64,000 nucleotides of DNA from Balanoglossus misakiensis (taxonomy: Eukaryota; Animalia; Hemichordata): the NCBI GenBank assembly GCA_040954595.2, contig CM082577.2, positions 8,953,846-9,017,845 on the forward strand. Reading direction: 5' to 3'. The notes under the pieces are model-generated. The model had not been told where the DNA came from, did no database searches, and saw only the letters and a list, made by a program, of their open reading frames with translations. This document shows positions 49,941-63,465 of this stretch, piece by piece; the first letter of the stretch is position 1, and each line of letters starts with the position of its first letter. The position numbers and the translations under genes were made by a program.

Positions 49941-52900
49941 CTGAAATTGAACGAAAGAAGAAAAGAAAAATACAGCAAATTTATCTTGTGATCAAACATT
50001 GGACAACAATTACTTGTCAACTGATGAAATGGTATAATGCCCTCTTGGGAAATCTGTCAGGAAGGCAATTAAAATGAAATAAAAAAGAAAATGATACTAA
50101 TTCTCGATACACGTCTTTGCCTTGAAGATTAATTGTGTTTTTCCTAAAACTCATCACCATGCATGTACAATTAACCATTGTTGTCAACCATGCTTCACAA
50201 AATTGTAGATGAGCATGAATAGACATTTAGGATATATATACAAGTTACAACACAATTTTATGTATTTTAGCAGAGAGTAAAAGAATGTCTTGCCTAGTAG
50301 AGGTCTGTATGCATTAATTTGTTGTGCAATAAAGGACAATATCAAAAGTCCAATGTCAGATAAAAATGCATTCCATCACATAAATGATTCATTCAACAAA
50401 AATTGCAAAAGTTATATGCCGAAATGTGCATTTTAGGTTGAAACTCAATGGGAAGGAATAGTTGAAATGGTTTGGTTTAGTAACAAAGATTTACTGTATT
50501 TCTTTGCACTATAAATAAAGACTACACCATTGTGTGCTTCATTTGAGATGAAAAGAGACCTGTGGTGGTAGGTTCAATGTACATACATGTACGAAATGGA
50601 ATACTACTACTAGTACCCTCTCTGTTAAATTTCATATATACGGTTTCAAAATTCATGTACATCAATGATCAACATATGACATAGATTAAATTACATGTGC
50701 ACAAATGTACATGTCTTTGTGAATGAAATCACCATTATCCATCCAACAACCTTTCAAATCTATGAAACAACCTTGGAAAAAAATATTTGTATTCATGTCC
50801 ATGTCATCTGGGAATTATCAAAATTTTTCTATCTCTTTATCTGCAACAGCCTAAATACAGTTCTCTTTGTGAACTCGAATAGTCCATAATAAGGCTGTAA
50901 TTTGCACAGCAAACGATAAAACGATTGGTTACACCCAGATAATAGTAGAGGTAATTTGCATGTATCTGTTGTCACTGTGTTGCCATGGTGAAGACACCCC
51001 TATCTCACAAATGCGAAAGGTCTGGGGTCATTTACACTTCAACAGAATGCCACCACGCAAGTGTCAGGTTTATATTCATGTACGTACACATACATGTATA
51101 TCCAGAACTGTAGCACCTGTTATTAGCGAGCCATTGTGAAGAGTGAATGACCAAAATTAGACAATGTGCCAAGAGACAGAAAAGTATCACATTTTTTATG
51201 GAGTAAATTTTTCTTGGCAATAAAATTACATTTCACCCGAATGGTCTTCATTCATCATCAAACAAACTAATATTTTTTTGTATCATTCATAATTGCCAAT
51301 TCACTGACATCCATGTATCTGAATTAGAAATAATTCCATTTTTTTGAAAAACACACAAGTGCAAGAAGTACTTGCATATATACATGACTATCAATAGACT
51401 AACACTGATCTGATCTACCTGTAAAGATCATTCCAGAATTTACAACAACATTTTCATAGCCTTTTCTGGTCTTTTATCCCCGACAGGTGTAAGTACAATA
51501 TAATTTTGCCTTGACATTGAGATGCACTTGTGAAATGTGGATAGACTGAGTTCAACCTGCCCTTGCCAATCCACCGACTCAGCACATGTCAACTCATATT
51601 ACTTCAATAACGCAATCTGCAACAAAACCAGTCACCCCCCACAAAAAATTTTGTTTCATTAATCTTTTCTTCTTCAATTAATCATTCACTACAATGATTT
51701 TGAAGAAGCATTTGTCAGAAAAATATTTGCCTGATATTTAATTCATGGCATGTATGAGACCATCAAAACAAACCTTTTATGTTGTTGCTAAGCAACAAAT
51801 TGTCATTGAAGGAAAAGTACTGCATTTTTTGAAAGAAAAAAAACTCAATGATTCAATAGAACAGTAGAATAATGATCATATTTATCTTAAATTGTTTTAT
51901 TGGTCCTGTGTGAATACGACGTCAATTTTTCATGTTTACTTTTTTTTCAGCCTTCAGTTCTTTCAGGCACATAGAATGGCACACAGAATTACTGCTACTT
52001 CAGTTGCTACCACTCCATACATGAATGCACACCAGCTACAAAAATCACCTTGTCCTGCATTCTAAGCAAGTTGCCTCTCTGACTCAGTTCAAATACTAAC
52101 ATGAAACACAGCGAAATAATTTCACTCAATTCTGCGCCACGCTGGGAGTGAAAACAGAAACGCTTCAAACCATAACCCCTCCCTGTAAAAGTAAACAGTC
52201 GAGGAAACTTGTCATTTTACACGTTCGCACACGTAGAAGTCATTACATTCTTTGGGATCAGCTGAAATTGATGGTAATTTCCTGAAGCGATAAACTGGCA
52301 TTTCATTGTTAATTTCATTTGAAGGTTGGGCTGGCACGTACGGAAGTTTGAACAGTTCAATGCAAAATAAAAACTGCATTTGCATACACATCGCAGAGTC
52401 AGTAAAAAAGTACCGGTCAATTAAAATGTAGATATTTGGAAATAATATACACTCTCACTTATAGTAAACATACTTTTTAGTAGATGTAGTCTCTGTTATC
52501 ATCATCTCAAGGATATTTTTTTATTTCTGTTTTATGATTTCTTTTACATTCTACGTCTATAAAATTGCAGCATTCCACCTGTTTCATTTTCTAGTATTCC
52601 CACTGTCATTTGGAATAAAACTTGTTTCTGAGTTTCTGAACTGGCTTAGGGCAGAAAGGGAAGTGAAATTGTTGATAAGAAATACATGGTCAATACTACT
52701 CTGTCAAAATGAGCAAATGTAGCACACAACATACGGAAAATAAATTTTTCAGCATCTCTTTTGCAGCAAATTTTCTGCAAGGTGCTTCTTTAGAATTTAA
52801 TACGCGATGGTCTGCGTGACAAAAATCGACGGGCCGTAAAAAGTCGTGGAGGCGGCCGATGATTAACGCTGACATTGATAAATGCACTCTGACTGATAAG

Positions 52901-54010
52901 CGACGACGGGAAGTCCATTCTTTTCGTTAGATCGTGCCAATTCTGAGTGATTTGTTCATTTGGTAAAATGCTTATTTCCCTTTGCACACACTGAAACTGA
53001 CACATGGATTTCCATTAGAAACACACGTCACGGGGCATACAGGAGTACAAGTAATGTCAGTTTATGAAAAGGGATGACGAGTCCATCTTTGTCATTTTTT
53101 GTCAAATGTCACAAACCCACTACAGATATGTCTTGGCTACGTGCATTTGTGCGTACATGTAGCATTTATTTTTTGACAAACATGTGTAGTCAATGTTCAT
53201 ATGATGACTTACAAGACATTTTGTTTTGATATGTACAACAGGAGAGGGTTAAACATGGCATGGAAACGAAGCTAAAATAAACTTGTTTATACCTAAACCA
53301 TGCAATTCTGATATAAAACATTATACTAGAAATCATGCCTAATCACCACTTTAATTAGGAGAGTTTGGTTTATTTTGTCTCTGAATTACTCTACGAGAAC
53401 AGAGTTTTATTTATTATTCAATCAATAAACTGTTCAAGAGCTGTTCCTCTGTTTGGACACATATCATATGTCACATATCTGCTAAAAGGTAATTGGTGAA
53501 AATAAATATAGACATTGCATTGAATATTTCACTTAGTTTAGAGTATTAGCAAGTATTAGCAAATGATGTATTGCTCATGCACAGATTTTGATAACAAATG
53601 ACAGTTTATCCACTAAAAATCATCACTGATCACGTCATGATCTAAACATCCTAGAACAGTGATAATGACATTCTAAATCTATTAGTTTAAATTAATTTGG
53701 TACATGTACATATTACAGAACAATAAAGCATGCCATTTAAACAATTAAAACTGACATGTGTGTTATGTTCAGATCTGTTTATAGCTTGGGAGAAGAAATG
53801 AAGATTAATTGTGTGCAACAGGTGGCTGAAAAAGAAAGTCCTTGAAATATGGTGTTTCTATTCATTCTGATATCAAATAATCCAAAATGATGTCTGAGCG
53901 AACTAGGCATAACTGTAAGACTGAATTAATGTATATGCTGTGTTGCCACTGTACATTTGTATCAATCAAAGTCAATACTCGTATTTTCTGTATGTTGATT
54001 TAACCAGAAG

Positions 54011-54083
54011 TAGTCTAGAATCTATCCGTTCGTAGTCGCATTCGTAGGGTGAATGCGACTACGAACGGATAGATTCTAGACTA
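54011..54083. mobile_element. 73-bp perfect palindromic insertion with 9-bp target duplication (Academ-like TAG...CTA ends)
   Basis: 33-bp perfect inverted repeats, 7-nt loop GTAGGGT, flanked by AACCAGAAG at 54002-54010 and 54084-54092. Confidence 0.85.
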
Positions 54084-57000
54084 AACCAGAAGTAGCTTGG
54101 TATATGTATGTATGTAATTTTATCAAACAGAACAAAACAAATAACATCAGCACAATTCAGATTCAGACTGCAATACAACACAATACATGGGATATAGTTC
54201 CAGTACATACATGTACTGCAACAAATTCCACTATTTAGAAGAGTAACTGGTCAAAATCATACAGAGTAACCACCATTATTATTTCATGATTTTTATTAAT
54301 ATTTTTTTCATAAGTACAGGAGGTTTATCCAAGTTTAACATGTCATCATAGCAGAACAAAAATTAGCAGCCCTCTCTTCCAGAACAGTAACCTATGCATA
54401 AGCCTCTAGCCATACAGCCAATTATTACCTTGAGGAATTGAGTAAAATTATACTTTTACTAGAATTCCACGTCGGCACAAACAGCGCCGACAAACAATTC
54501 ATTTATTTCTGCTCAAGGCGCCTCATTTCCATTCTGGCGAAAGCAGTTGTGAGTATACAATTTCCGTTATCTGGGCACTCCAAAGCACTCACTTGCCCAG
54601 TTGCACAGCCCGGTCTGTGGATACCTGAAACTTGCAAATCAACCTGCCAGCACAAACATGGTGCCGTATCAAGTGTGTGCCTGCTGTGTAGAAAAAAATG
54701 AAGTGTTTTTCTTTAAAGCACCCAGCTCTCCTCTCATTTCACGTGAAATGAACTGTGTGTCTGCCGACAGTTTGTGTGTGCGCTGCAGATTACAGGGTAT
54801 TACCGACCCACTCGGCCATCTGCAGTCGAGCCATTAGCACAAATGCTCTGTGCACCAAATTTGTCATCTTTTAGCCTCCAATATAGAGCTTTTATAATTT
54901 GAAGACGCATGCCAACCCTGATCGGTAGCAAGTATTCTTTCTTTACACATTGCAACACCAGTTGATCCAAAACTAAATGTTGACACTCGCTGTTGTGTTC
55001 TGGTCCTCTCATCTAATTAAAAGATACTTTGGTTGCCCGGCAAAGAAAGATAAATGCCTGAAATTTATGTTTATATTACTATGACAACGTAATACATAAA
55101 TGCAGACTCATAAAAAGATCACGCTATGAACATGAATTATCATCCAACAGAAAATGTCAAAAATGTAATGGCATTTTGTGCCGGCCCAGGTAACAAGTGT
55201 TAATTAAACCAGCAAATGAACAAGATTTCCCACCTTGTCTGTGCTGTGAACTTTGATTCGAATGACACCCATACAGTCTTTCCTATCCTTCATCAGACAA
55301 ATTTATTCACGTCAGATTCTACAAAATAACATACTGAGCAGAAGGCTTGATGTCTTTCGAACTTCGAAGAATAAATTTCAGTGACTGGGAAATATGTCAT
55401 CGATTTTAAAATTCCTCCTGGATGAGAATTCCTGAGTAGTCGTCAACAAGCCCTTTCATTACAAAGGATTAGATGTACTTGAAATGTGTATATTGGTGCA
55501 TGAACCCCCTTATTACACCAAATCACAACAATAAAAGGGTAAAACGTGGCCAGAATGACCAGGGACCAAGCAGGGGGGGGGGGGGGGGGGGGGGCTTTCC
55601 ATATTGTGCAAAGACCACAATCCTACACCCCAGGTGAAATACAACAGGAAAGTGTTGGTCCCAATTTTAATCTCATTGACATCTGCAATACTACCCCCAC
55701 CCCTCAAACAACAGATAATAAGCTTTTCCGTAGGATAGGAAATTGTAGAAAGCATTTCTTTGAATTCAGGATTAATAAGAGCTATTAGAAATTGGGAGCG
55801 AAAAATAACTAAAGCTCTTAATACAATAAAATGGCAGTATTGCCTGAAATCACATGGAACAGTAAAACTGCTTTGGGGACAAAGTCATGAATCCAAACAG
55901 TCAACAAAGTTCTTCGCTGTATTTAGTGAACATCTTTACACACACAAAGATGGGCTACAGCCCAACCAGCAGCTATTGCCCCACCAAAGAGATTAGAGCA
56001 GTGAAACACAACACTGTAACAACAAATCAACCCATTCTGGCTTCATTTCAACGCATGAAGAGCAACCACAATGTCCAATGAATTTGCCATGGCAACACTA
56101 ACAGCTTACAATTACACCGCCAGATAACCAGACTCCATCAGTCATCAAGCAGATCATTTCTAGAAAGAGACACACATCATGTGATCTTATTTCATGATTA
56201 CAGCAAATTTTTATGGTTTATACATATACAACTGTGCGTTATTTTACAGCCTGAGGCCAATTTTTTACTTTTTCTTTCAACAAATACATCCAATGGGAAA
56301 AGTTGATCACTTTGACGTTATTTTGGTTATTTTCAGTAAGTTTCTTTTGAAAAGGCTATTTATTTTCTGCCCACTGAAACATGCCCAACGACCAGTTGTC
56401 TCAGCTCAACTAACACCCTATACACAGAAGACCATAACACAAGCATACTCCAATCCAATTTTTTACTCAATATCAATATCAAAGAAGAAGACCTCAAATG
56501 CCATACTCGTACACAGGACGTGAGTTGAGTGACAACCGCTGATTATTAAGTGCAAATCTTTCTCGATCCAAACCTCAAATATTTGATTTGGGGAAATTGT
56601 ATCCTTGCGAACAGGGCACAGCAGCCAGGATTCTCAAGTTGTTCCTTTCATCATACTTTTATTGTGATTCAGATCGAAGCATGTTCAGCGGAGGAATTTA
56701 TTTGAACAGCTTTGGTGTTCACTCGGCTGTTAATGCAGATCTGAACACCGAAGTAATCAAAATGTGGTCATTTACCTCTGCCACTAGTAGTAATGTATTT
56801 ATATGCAAGTGGTCGAAATTAAATGGATTTGACAATTGTCAATTTCCTGACAAGCTATTAAACGTGGTCTTTTAGATCTTGGCTCTTGAATTTTTTTGAA
56901 GAACAGGCAATTTGAAACTGTGGAATTACCATACCAAGATTCTGTAAAATTCAATAGTGTACATGTATGTTAATTAAAGTCTAATTGGATTTAAAGATTC

Positions 57001-59355
57001 TACCTTCTGAAATTTTGAATGATATAAAGGCAGTTAACCCACATTGTCAATTATAAATCTTCCTCCTAACACAAAGTTCATTTCAGTATGTTGCTAGTCA
57101 ATCAATATTGAGTGTAAACACCAAAAGCTACAAGTAGGCCATAAGTTTTCTGCTCTTTAATGGTACCAAGGTCAAGGGCACATTTCAAGAGTTGGCTTAT
57201 AATCCATCAAACACATTTCTCAGCAATTATGACAAGCAGAGCCTGATTGTATGGATGGATGGATGATGAACCAGCTTCTAGAAATAGAATATGTTAAGAT
57301 TTTCTATATACGGTTTGTAACTGAGTATGAAACTTTTATACATGCTGTCAGTCACATCAGTTACTGATGTAGGGTGTTCTGCATTCATGGTCCACCCTGC
57401 AGAGTCTGCATACAGTTGACTGTGTGTGCGTAATTTGGCTGTCAAGTCTGGCTTAGTAGTACCATCTTCCTTGGCTCCAAGTTATTCTGAGACATTGAAG
57501 AATGCTGAATTGCCAACATCACCAAACTGTCCCAATTATCCCACTCATTCAAGTTGTGGCACCAGGTACATTTTATCACGAATGAGTAAGTGTACCCTAT
57601 TTGCATGTTACACCTGTCAAGACTGAACCACAATGACAAAATCAGGTAGTATTTGATTTTGTCACTTTGGATCATGCTTGACAGGGGTATGTAGTCTAGT
57701 ATTTGTCACCACCAAGATAATGGTTATTCAATTGATGCATCATGCTAATTGCCAAAGTTCTGTCATAATCAATCTATATTCATGTTAATTTTGTCCCTAT
57801 TATCCATTATCATTGTCTAATTTCCCTGTTCTGCATTTACCAAATGATGCATACCAAATGCAGGCTTTATTTTATTGTCAATGCCATATTCTTCTACAGA
57901 ATCAAATCAATCAAGCCATATTCAAGTGTCAATTATATATTTCATGTTGATAATGATATGAATATACATGCTAAATAGAACATTATTTTCATGGTCATCA
58001 TATGATGCTATAACTGCATGAATGTGCCCTTAACACTGAATGTGTGACTTAAGCTTAGTATTTTTCTGCCACATTGAGTTCCTTTGTAAATCTCACTAGA
58101 CAATGCAAACATATTGATTTTTACACCTTCAAGAGTTCCAGTAGACAATGGTATTATAGTACAATGTTCATTCAGTGATTGTGCTTTAATAGTACAGGTG
58201 GCAGGTATATTTACTTGGGCGAGAGAGAGTACGGCAGATATTTCAGAGTACGGCAGATATTTCTATTATCTCTGGATTCCCATCACTAAATAACTTCCTA
58301 ATGATCTTCCCCTGGAGATCATTAGAGACAGCTGCCACTGAATTTGGACTACCATTAGCATCCTCCTATAGCTCTTTTATTTAACTCATAACAGTTTAAT
58401 CTGATAAGGCAGCTGGGTGGTGGGCACATCTCAAGGGCATGCAAGTAGATGAACAAAATGTAAACACTGCATTGCATTTTATTTGTGAAATTGTGACCAT
58501 GATCAAGGATAATGGCCAAGGCATTTGGTTCTATTGTAGTTGCAATGTGCATGATGTGAATGTACCTATTTTTACCACCCCTACACACCATGGAAGTAGG
58601 AAAAAAATATTTCACAGTTCCTTGTGGTATGTCCTCATGGCATCACCATGCCATGATGTAGTGGCAAGTGGCATCTCCACTGTTTGGCAATGTTCCCATG
58701 AGGGCTCAACCTGAAATGTACCCCCTTCTGCTGGTGAAACAAGAAGGCCATTTCAGGTCAAATCTTTAGATAAACCCCTGAACTCTCCCCACTGTACTGA
58801 CGTCTACTCCTTGAAATGAACACCATATTGCACCTCTGTGGTTAGAAAACAAATCTCGTTTACCGAGAAAACACATCGTGGGTAGGTAGAACCACCTATA
58901 CCACTCGATGAACATTTAAAAGCAGAGCATTATCTGGGGCATACTGTGTACTGGGTTTATATGGGGACTGTGGTGTAGTATAGGCACGAACCTCCCTGAT
59001 TGTTTTGATCATTGAATGGCGGAATACGAGTAGTATGATAGTATCGGAATATATTAATACTGAATTTGGAAACTTCGCTTGGGAACAGCCTAAATTTTCC
59101 CCCACATCACTGTGGGCCAAGAACCAAAATATGCGCGTGCAGATCGTTTCTAGAAAGATTGTGTATCGGTATTACACCGGGCATACAGAGTCAACATAGT
59201 ACACATAATAAACAAAGTGGATCGGTATCCCGATGTAAAAACGCATCGGCGTTACGTTTTGATTATTTTCTGTTGGCATGACAACAGCGACTCCCATATA
59301 CGTCCCAGATGAGTCCCAGCCACAACTTAAAAGAAAAATAACAGTGGTATCTTAC

Positions 59356-59390
59356 CTGAAGTCCATGTCTGGTTGCACTATGTCTCCCAT
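59356..59390 (-). CDS. Candidate first coding exon of paralogue B (MGDIVQPDMDFR...)
   Basis: Strong donor CAG|GTAAGA at 59355. ATG GGA...ATG GAC TTC AG ends in phase 2, matching the phase-2 start of exon 49723-49940. Lies in CpG-containing sequence next to the GRWD1 start. Not homologous to exon 1 of copy A. Confidence 0.45.
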
Positions 59391-60095
59391 TTGTGTGTAT
59401 CTCGTATCGAGGTAACATGCTCGGCGTTGATAGGCTACATTTGTCAGGTGGTACGGTTCCTTGAAAATCATTGGCCTGTAACTTTTAGGCGGAAGACCAC
59501 TGAGAGTTTGAGCTCTCACACACTTTTGAGTACAGTAGCTGCAGAATTAATCACCACTACAGTAAACCGTCTAACAAGTCAAAGCAACGTCAGAAAAGGG
59601 TCTTAGTTCGTTCAGTCCTTTTTGTAAAGTTAACCATAACCCTTGTGAGGTTCGAACCCACATAATCGTCTGCACCAAGATCACAGACAAACCCACTCGG
59701 CCATCCTTTCAAACTTGAACTTGAAGCTTTCAAAAGATTGTATCGAGTCATCACCAATTTATGCCTAACTTCATCCTGAACTATTTTCGGCAATCTAAAC
59801 TCAAATCACGGTGATTTCAGGGCATAACCCGAACTTCACGTGTGTGTTTTTTCTGTATCAGATTTTAAAATAAAATTTTCATTTATTTGTTAATATTTTT
59901 ATAGAGCCTTAAACAGAAGAATTATTTTTTCTCGACGTAGAAATGAGGAAATACTACAAGCTCATCTTTTTCGCAAGCTTTTATTACTTTATGGGTTTTT
60001 TGAGGGCGACTTGAAATTTCCAACTGTGTCGCAAGAGGGCGATGTTGATAACCCCTGACCTTTCATTCATCCCATCCAGCACATGTCCCATCAAA
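59391..60095. promoter_or_regulatory. Probable bidirectional promoter region (GRWD1 / CCDC154-like B)
   Basis: About 700 bp between the GRWD1 ATG (+) and a minus-strand exon with a strong donor; more CpG than the flanking intron; AT-rich core near 59860-60000. Confidence 0.5.
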
Positions 60096-63000
60096 ATGGC
60101 GAAGGTAGGGGAGGAAGATCCATCGAGTGACGAAATGGAGGTGATAGAAGCAGATGAGAGTGACGGGGAGGAGGATGTGATGGACGACGAGAAAGGAGAA
60201 CCAAGGGCCTACCTTCCAGGCGAACAGTTAGAAGACGACGAGGAACTCGTGAGGGATGAATCGGCATATTATATGTACCATCAGGCACAAACAGGTTTGC
60301 AGCAAATTTTAATACAATGTACAATATTCCAGTCTGATTTTGCAGAATGTCAAGGTGTAAGCAAGTAGGCCAAGTATTGTTAGAGTGCTTCGTTCATAGC
60401 ATAGTCACCGCATACTTTTCGCTCTTAGTGATGTTCACTAATTTGGATAAAATCACCTGAATGATCAACACTGTTAAAATATTAATTTATTCTATGATTC
60501 AGATCCTATAAAGACTTTGTTATATGACTGTTTTAAAGGGACAAAGTCTCTCTCTCGCTGCCTTTTTTTCCATCAATTATGTTTGATACCAGACACTGTT
60601 TATGTTATTCAACATCAACATTCAACCACACAAAACTTCCATCCCACTTGTATGATATGAGAGTAAAAACTCGCCCAAAATGAATAAATGGTAAAGAACG
60701 ATTATTCATTTTGGCGAGTTTTTTCACTCTCCTGTCTATAACAGTATAAGAGGGATGGAAGTTGTGTGTGGTTGAACGTTCATTCACTATATATCCACAT
60801 GTAGAATAACAAACGGTGTCTTGTATCAAATATAATTAATGGAAAAAAGGGCAGCGAGAGAGAGACTTTGTCCCTTTAATATATCTACTTTCCAATCTAT
60901 TTACAATAAATGTCTGAGATTAAAATGTTATTGTATTAGTATACTCCACAATGTGTGCACAATTCATAAAAATATGAAATTGTACAATGTCTTTGTGATT
61001 TCTCTTACAGGAGCACCTTGTCTGAGCTTTGATATTCTAAAAGACGGGCTCGGCAATGACCGCACGCAGTATCCCCACACATGCTACATAGTTGCTGGAA
61101 CACAGGCAGAGAAAGCCCATCTGAATAATGTCATTGTGATGAAGATGGGCAACCTGCACAAGACGTGTAAAGAGGAGAAGATGGAGGATGAGGAGGATGA
61201 TGAGAGTGAGAGTTCTGAGGAGGAGGATGAAGATGACAAACCTGAATTGGAGACGGCAATGATTAGACACAATGGAGCTATCAATAGGATACGGGTATGA
61301 ATGATGAATAAAAGATATCAATGTGTTAAAAAGGCAATACAAATGAGAAATGATATGTGGCTAAATGCAGACTGTGTTGAAGTGTGTGAGTGATGACTAA
61401 AAAATTGGTTTGTTAAAATTATTTTGTGGATTTCATGTTTCAAAACGTGCATATTTATTGCACAGCGAGAAATTCATGAATAGATGACAATTTGAGTTTT
61501 TTTTTATAAACAGAGCGTTTTGATAAACGACCGCCACCTCGCGGCCACTTGGTCGGAAAAAGGCAACGTACACATCTGGGACCTGCAACACCATCTGGAC
61601 GCTCTGGAGGACAGTGCGCTTCTCGCCCAAATAACTAAACACGACAGCCCCAAGCCATTGTTCACGTTTAATGGCCATCAAATCGAGGGATACGCTCTTG
61701 ATTGGTCACCTACAGTGCCAGGTGAGTTTGAATTGCTTTTAATTTAACCCTTTCACCCCCAGTTCCCTCTCTAGAGGTCCAACCTTCTGACACATCATGA
61801 TCCAGTACGTTCATATCCTCGTTCGTGCATTTATCATGTAATACTTCATTTGTTACACATTGCAGGGAAGCTAGCCTCAGGGGACTGCAAAAAGAACATC
61901 CATCTGTGGAATCCAGCGGACGGTGGCACCTGGCATGTTGATCAGAGGCCGTACACTGGGCACACTGACTCTGTAGAAGACATACAGTGGTCACCAAATG
62001 AAAATACTGTAAGTGGACTGGAAGAACTTCTAAAAGAGAGTACTCATACGGTGGTGGCCATATTCGCTTGCGGCAAAGCTTTATTATTTATCTGGTTAAA
62101 ACTTGCATATGCACTCATATTTAGGGTTTATAATGCTTCTGTATAGTTCACTGCCTATATCTGCATGGGTAATGGTAGTACAGTTTGAAAAAAAATATGA
62201 TAATAATCCCAAAAGTTGCAGCTTATGTGCCTTTAACATGTAATTGTTCAAAATTTTCTAATCCAAGCAATTGGTGGGGTATTTTGGTGATAATGACTGA
62301 TTATCATCTGCATTTTTTTTCAATATTCCACACTTGGCTTACTTATTTAGAAGATTTTCCTATAAGGTCAAGCAAACCAGAATCTCTCTTTAGAGGTTCC
62401 ATTTTATCTCATAAAATGGTGAACTTGGGACCAAAACCACGATGGTTGAAAGCACTGAGGAATGGGGTATGATTTGTACCAACAGGTGTTTGCGTCATGT
62501 TCAGTTGACAAGACTGTCCGTATCTGGGACTGCCGAGCCGCACCTCACAAAGCATGCATGCTGACAACCACAGCTCACGACAGCGACGTCAACGTGATCA
62601 GCTGGAATAGGAACGAACCATTTATTGTCTCTGGTGGGGATGACGGAATGCTTAAAGTGTGGGATCTCAGGCAGTTTAAGGTGAGAACCGCACAAACAGC
62701 TTGTCCCAGCAGTTGTAGATGTTCCTAATTACGGTGACTGCAAAGTGATGACTTTTGCTGATCAAAGTGTTTGGTAAAACAGCAGTCTCAATGAAAAGAC
62801 CAACCAAAGTACCGAAGTTCGTGTTCAGATGAGTAGACAATCTGGTAATATTTTGACTTTCACAGCTTGTCCAGCTCAGTCATTGTTGGTGGTATATGTA
62901 CTTTGATCATTTCTGTATATGAATTGTCTCCATTTCTGTACAGTCAAACCTCTCTATAGTGGCTAGTCAAGGGACTTTCCTGAACTGGCCTTTATAGAGA

Positions 63001-63465
63001 GCTGACCGTTATATAGAGGTTAATTAACCCACATGTGAATTGCACAGGGACTGTAACAAAGTGGCCACTATATAGAGGTGACCGCTATGTAGGGGTAGCC
63101 ACTAACAGGGGTTTGACGACTGTACATGGATTTTCTCTCCACAGAAGGGCGAATCGGTTGCCAAGTTCAAGCACCACACGGCGCCAGTCACGTCGGTGGA
63201 ATGGAACCACAAGGACAGTACGGTGTTCGCGGCGGCCGGAGCCGACAACCAAATCACACTGTGGGACTTGGCCTTGGAGAAGGACGACGAGAGCAACCCG
63301 TCCGACGAGGCGCAGTCGTCGACGGTGGACGTGCCGCCGCAACTGTTGTTCATCCACCAGGGACAGACAGACATTAAGGAGGTCCACTGGCATTCGCAAA
63401 TACCCGGACTGATCATCAGCACGGCGCACGACGGATTCAACATCTTCAGAACTATCAGTGTCTAA
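60096..63465 (+). CDS. GRWD1: Glutamate-rich WD repeat-containing protein 1 (Rrb1 orthologue), 6 coding exons, 449 aa
   Basis: Exons 60096-60294, 61011-61294, 61514-61721, 61866-62008, 62486-62680, 63145-63465. All introns are GT-AG with consistent phases; 1350 nt in total. Hallmark peptides: [84 protein letters not shown]. Confidence 0.96.
60537..60875. mobile_element. Foldback MITE with TTAA target duplication and AGGG...CCCT ends (Kolobok-like), GRWD1 intron 1
   Basis: TTAA|AGGGACAAAGTCTCTCTCTCGCTGCC ... GGCAGCGAGAGAGAGACTTTGTCCCT|TTAA; long imperfect internal inverted repeat; second copy at 19811-20035. Confidence 0.85.
62941..63122. mobile_element. pogo/Tigger-like MITE in GRWD1 intron 5
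   Basis: TA|CAGTCAAACCTCTCTATAGTGGC ... GCCACTAACAGGGGTTTGACGACTG|TA; degraded inverted relative at about 32453-32596. Confidence 0.7.

Noticed and set aside
55180-57600. Isolated plus-strand donor-like sites suggesting an antisense spliced transcript
   Set aside because: No coherent acceptor/donor pairs or ORF; not supportable without RNA data.
61295-62800. RTGATGA C-box-like words in GRWD1 introns suggesting snoRNAs
   Set aside because: No properly spaced CTGA D-box with a terminal stem.
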